A stretch of 28,592 bases of DNA from Enoplolaimus lenunculus. Lineage: Eukaryota. The position numbers and the translations under genes were made by a program. The stretch spans positions 434,001 through 462,592 of the forward strand of contig JASANG010003696.1 of the NCBI GenBank assembly GCA_030248215.1, written 5' to 3'. Below are positions 25,849-28,592 of this stretch, in pieces. The notes beneath the pieces were generated by a model. It was not told the DNA's origin. It did not search any database and worked only from the letters and a program-made list of their open reading frames with translations. The stretch's first letter is position 1. Each line of letters begins with the position of its first letter.

Positions 25849-26096
25849 CATTGTAAATTCCACTAAGCTTATTAATCAAATCAAAGAGGAGAATTAGTTA
25901 TTTACAGTTATTTCTGAGTTAATAACAGTAAGCAATAACTCACTCTAAGTTGATTTATTCCGAGTTACTTGATTAATTAACTCAGAATGAGTTCATAACA
26001 ATTTAGAATTCTGACTTCTGAAACACATAGTTCACAGCTCACACTTCTGAGTGGAGTTCCTTGTGAATTAAAATCAACTCACTGGAAATTACAGTG
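25849..26096. mobile_element. Old CACTG-ended (CMC/EnSpm-like) MITE in the fold-back spacer
   Basis: ta|cattgtaaattcca...tggaaattacagtg|ta; internal gagtt/aactc sub-repeats. Confidence 0.5.
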
Positions 26097-26430
26097 TATA
26101 ATTTCGCTGTCATATAATGTTTTTACAATGTTCCCTTAAAGCGAATCGGTTGACTCTTACAGGTTATCAAGAGCGAAGCTGTAAATGTGATGCAGTATGG
26201 CTGTTGTGAGCGTGTTTGCGTGTGAAACACTTATTTGCAATTTGCAGTTGTTTTATTATTGCAAAACTGCTCTTTTTTGGATAGGTTTTTTGCAAGTGAA
26301 TTTATTGCGAAATTTTTGCCTTGACCGATATGATTTATAACGAGTTTTAGACAAACAAAAATTATTTTCCCCGACCAAGAGATACATAAAGTTAGTTCAT
26401 ATGGTATGACTTTAAGTTTGCCGTGCTTAC

Positions 26431-28100
26431 CGACTTAATGTTATCTTAACCAAGCGTACATCCCTCAACATTATCTTACCCAAGTTTACACCCCTCAACG
26501 TTATCTTACCCAAATTTATACCCCTCAACATTATCTCACAAAAGTTTACACCCCTCAACATTATCTTGCCCAAGTTTACACCACTCAACATTATCTTACC
26601 CAAGTTTATACCCCTCAACATTATCTTACTCAAGTTTACACCCCTCAACATTATCTCACAAAAGTTTACACCCCTCAACATTATCTTGCCCAAGTTTACA
26701 CCCCTCAACATTATCTTACCCAAGTTTACACCCCTCAACATTATCTTGCCCAAGTTTACACCCCTCAACATTATCTTACCCAAGTTTACACCCCTCAACA
26801 TTATCTCACAAAAGTTTACATCCCTCAACATTATCTTGCCCAAGTTTACACCCCTCAACATTATCTTGCCCAAGTTTACACCCCTCAACATTATCTCACA
26901 AAAGTTTACACCCCTCAACATTATCTTGCCCAAGTTTACACCCCTCAACATTATCTTGCCCAAGTTTACACCCCTCAACATTATCTTACCCAAGTTTACA
27001 CCCCTCAACATTATCTCACAAAAGTTTACACCCCTCAACATTATCTTACCCAAGTTTACACCCCTCAACATTATCTCACAAAAGTTTATACCCCTCAACA
27101 TTATCTTACTCAAGTTTACACCCCTCAACATTATCTTACTCAAGTTTACACCCCTCAACATTATCTCACAAAAGTTTACACCCCTCAACATTATCTTGCC
27201 CAAGTTTACACCCCTCAACATTATCTTGCCCAAGTTTATACCCCTCAACATTATCTTACTCAAGTTTACACCCCTCAACATTATCTTACTCAAGTTTACA
27301 CCCCTCAACATTATCTCACAAAAGTTTACACCCCTCAACATTATCTTGCCCAAGTTTACACCCCTCAACATTATCTTGCCCAAGTTTACACCCCTCAACA
27401 TTATCTTACCCAAGTTTACACCCCTCAACATTATCTCACAAAAGTTTACATCCCTCAACATTATCTTGCCCAAGTTTACACCCCTCAACATTATCTTGCC
27501 CAAGTTTACACCCCTCAACATTATCTCACAAAAGTTTACACCCCTCAACATTATCTTGCCCAAGTTTACACCCCTCAACATTATCTTGCCCAAGTTTACA
27601 CCCCTCAACATTATCTTGCCCAAGTTTACACCCCTCAACATTATCTCACAAAAGTTTACACCCCTCAACATTATCTTGCCCAAGTTTACACCCCTCAACA
27701 TTATCTCACAAAAGTTTACACCCCTCAACATTATCTCACAAAAGTTTACACCCCTCAACATTATCTTGCCCAAGTTTACACCCCTCAACATTATCTCACA
27801 AAAGTTTACACCCCTCAACATTATCTTGCCCAAGTTTACACCCCTCAACATTATCTTGCCCAAGTTTACACCCCTCAACATTATCTTACTCAAGTTTACA
27901 CCCCTCAACATTATCTCACAAAAGTTTACACCCCTCAACATTATCTCACAAAAGTTTACACCCCTCAACATTATCTCACAAAAGTTTACACCCCTCAACA
28001 TTATCTCACAAAAGTTTACACCCCTCAACATTATCTTACTCAAGTTTACACCCCTCAACATTATCTTACCCAAGCTTACCCAACCCCTCCGAACATTATC
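26431..28100. repeat. 30-bp minisatellite, 54 regular units plus degenerate edge units
   Basis: Consensus CCCCTCAACATTATCTTGCCCAAGTTTACA with variants ...cttaccc, ...cttactc and ...ctcacaa; no indels from 26461 to 28080. Confidence 0.99.
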
Positions 28101-28592
28101 AAATCAAGCTCGACCATCTTAGTAGCAAAGGAATGAGGCTTAATTAATCCCAACTTATTTTTTGAAATAATTTTTTCATTATTATTTTATTTTATTTCAG
28201 ACATTGGTGGTCATTTGCTGCATCCGGCGGATACACTGCGATATTACAAGTCAAACAGTGGCCCTGGTGAACATGCTGGCCAAGACGTTAACGCTCGGAC
28301 AAGTATTGTGTCAAATACAAGTGACGATGGTAAGTATGAGCAAAGATTATCATTATTATTCTGGTCATTGGTGTATCCTTTGTCCGTCTTCTCAAATGTG
28401 TGTAACCAGGCTGCAACCGGAATTCCGGTTCCGGCAATTTTTGACGTTCCGGATACGGTAAATTATAATACCGGTCGCATTCTGTGTGTAACATGTATCA
28501 CCAATTGGCGATAGGTCTCGTAGCTTTCGAACCAGCGCCTTTTGACGTTTCAAATTCCGTACATTTGTGTAAATTTAAGTTGCAGTACAACT
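27951..28592. repeat. Right arm of large inverted repeat, truncated by window end
   Basis: The last window bases (acatttgtgtaaatttaagttgcagtacaact) are the reverse complement of 25069-25100. Confidence 0.97.
28201..28329 (+). other. Inverted duplicate of exon 25332-25460 with intact splice sites
   Basis: Exact reverse complement (position x maps to 53661-x); the same 85/99/68-aa ORFs appear on opposite strands in the ORF track. Confidence 0.9.

Noticed and set aside
26431..28100. CRISPR array
   Set aside because: Head-to-tail repeats with no unique spacers, no cas genes, and a spliceosomal-intron context.
26427..28122. 548-aa and 518-aa ORFs as repeat proteins (e.g. pentapeptide-repeat-like)
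   Set aside because: They arise from a 30-bp unit lacking stops in four frames, use non-ATG starts in a eukaryote, and have no unique domain.

Overview
AT-rich eukaryotic (metazoan, probably invertebrate) genomic DNA, about 95% intronic and dense with short non-autonomous DNA transposons (MITE-like) and microsatellites. It holds internal minus-strand exons of an ARHGAP21/ARHGAP23-like RhoGAP gene. These are 25460-25332, 12929-12860 (RRSSYLLA motif), 12266-11681 and 11212-10916 (PH domain split over two exons); they splice in frame at GT-AG sites. No PDZ or RhoGAP exon is recognisable here. Two structures stand out. (1) A near-perfect fold-back at the right end copies the 129-nt exon onto the + strand. 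It is centred on a 30-bp minisatellite (4 units on one arm, about 55 on the other) and runs off the window edge; it is either a real inverted duplication or an assembly artefact. (2) A ~430-bp intronic inverted duplication brackets exactly three exons, the usual architecture for back-splicing or exon skipping. Most listed ORFs, including the 548/518-aa ones, are repeat-derived. I see no prokaryotic features, no CRISPR array and no clear evidence of a wholly new system. Family assignments rest on recalled motifs, not database searches.
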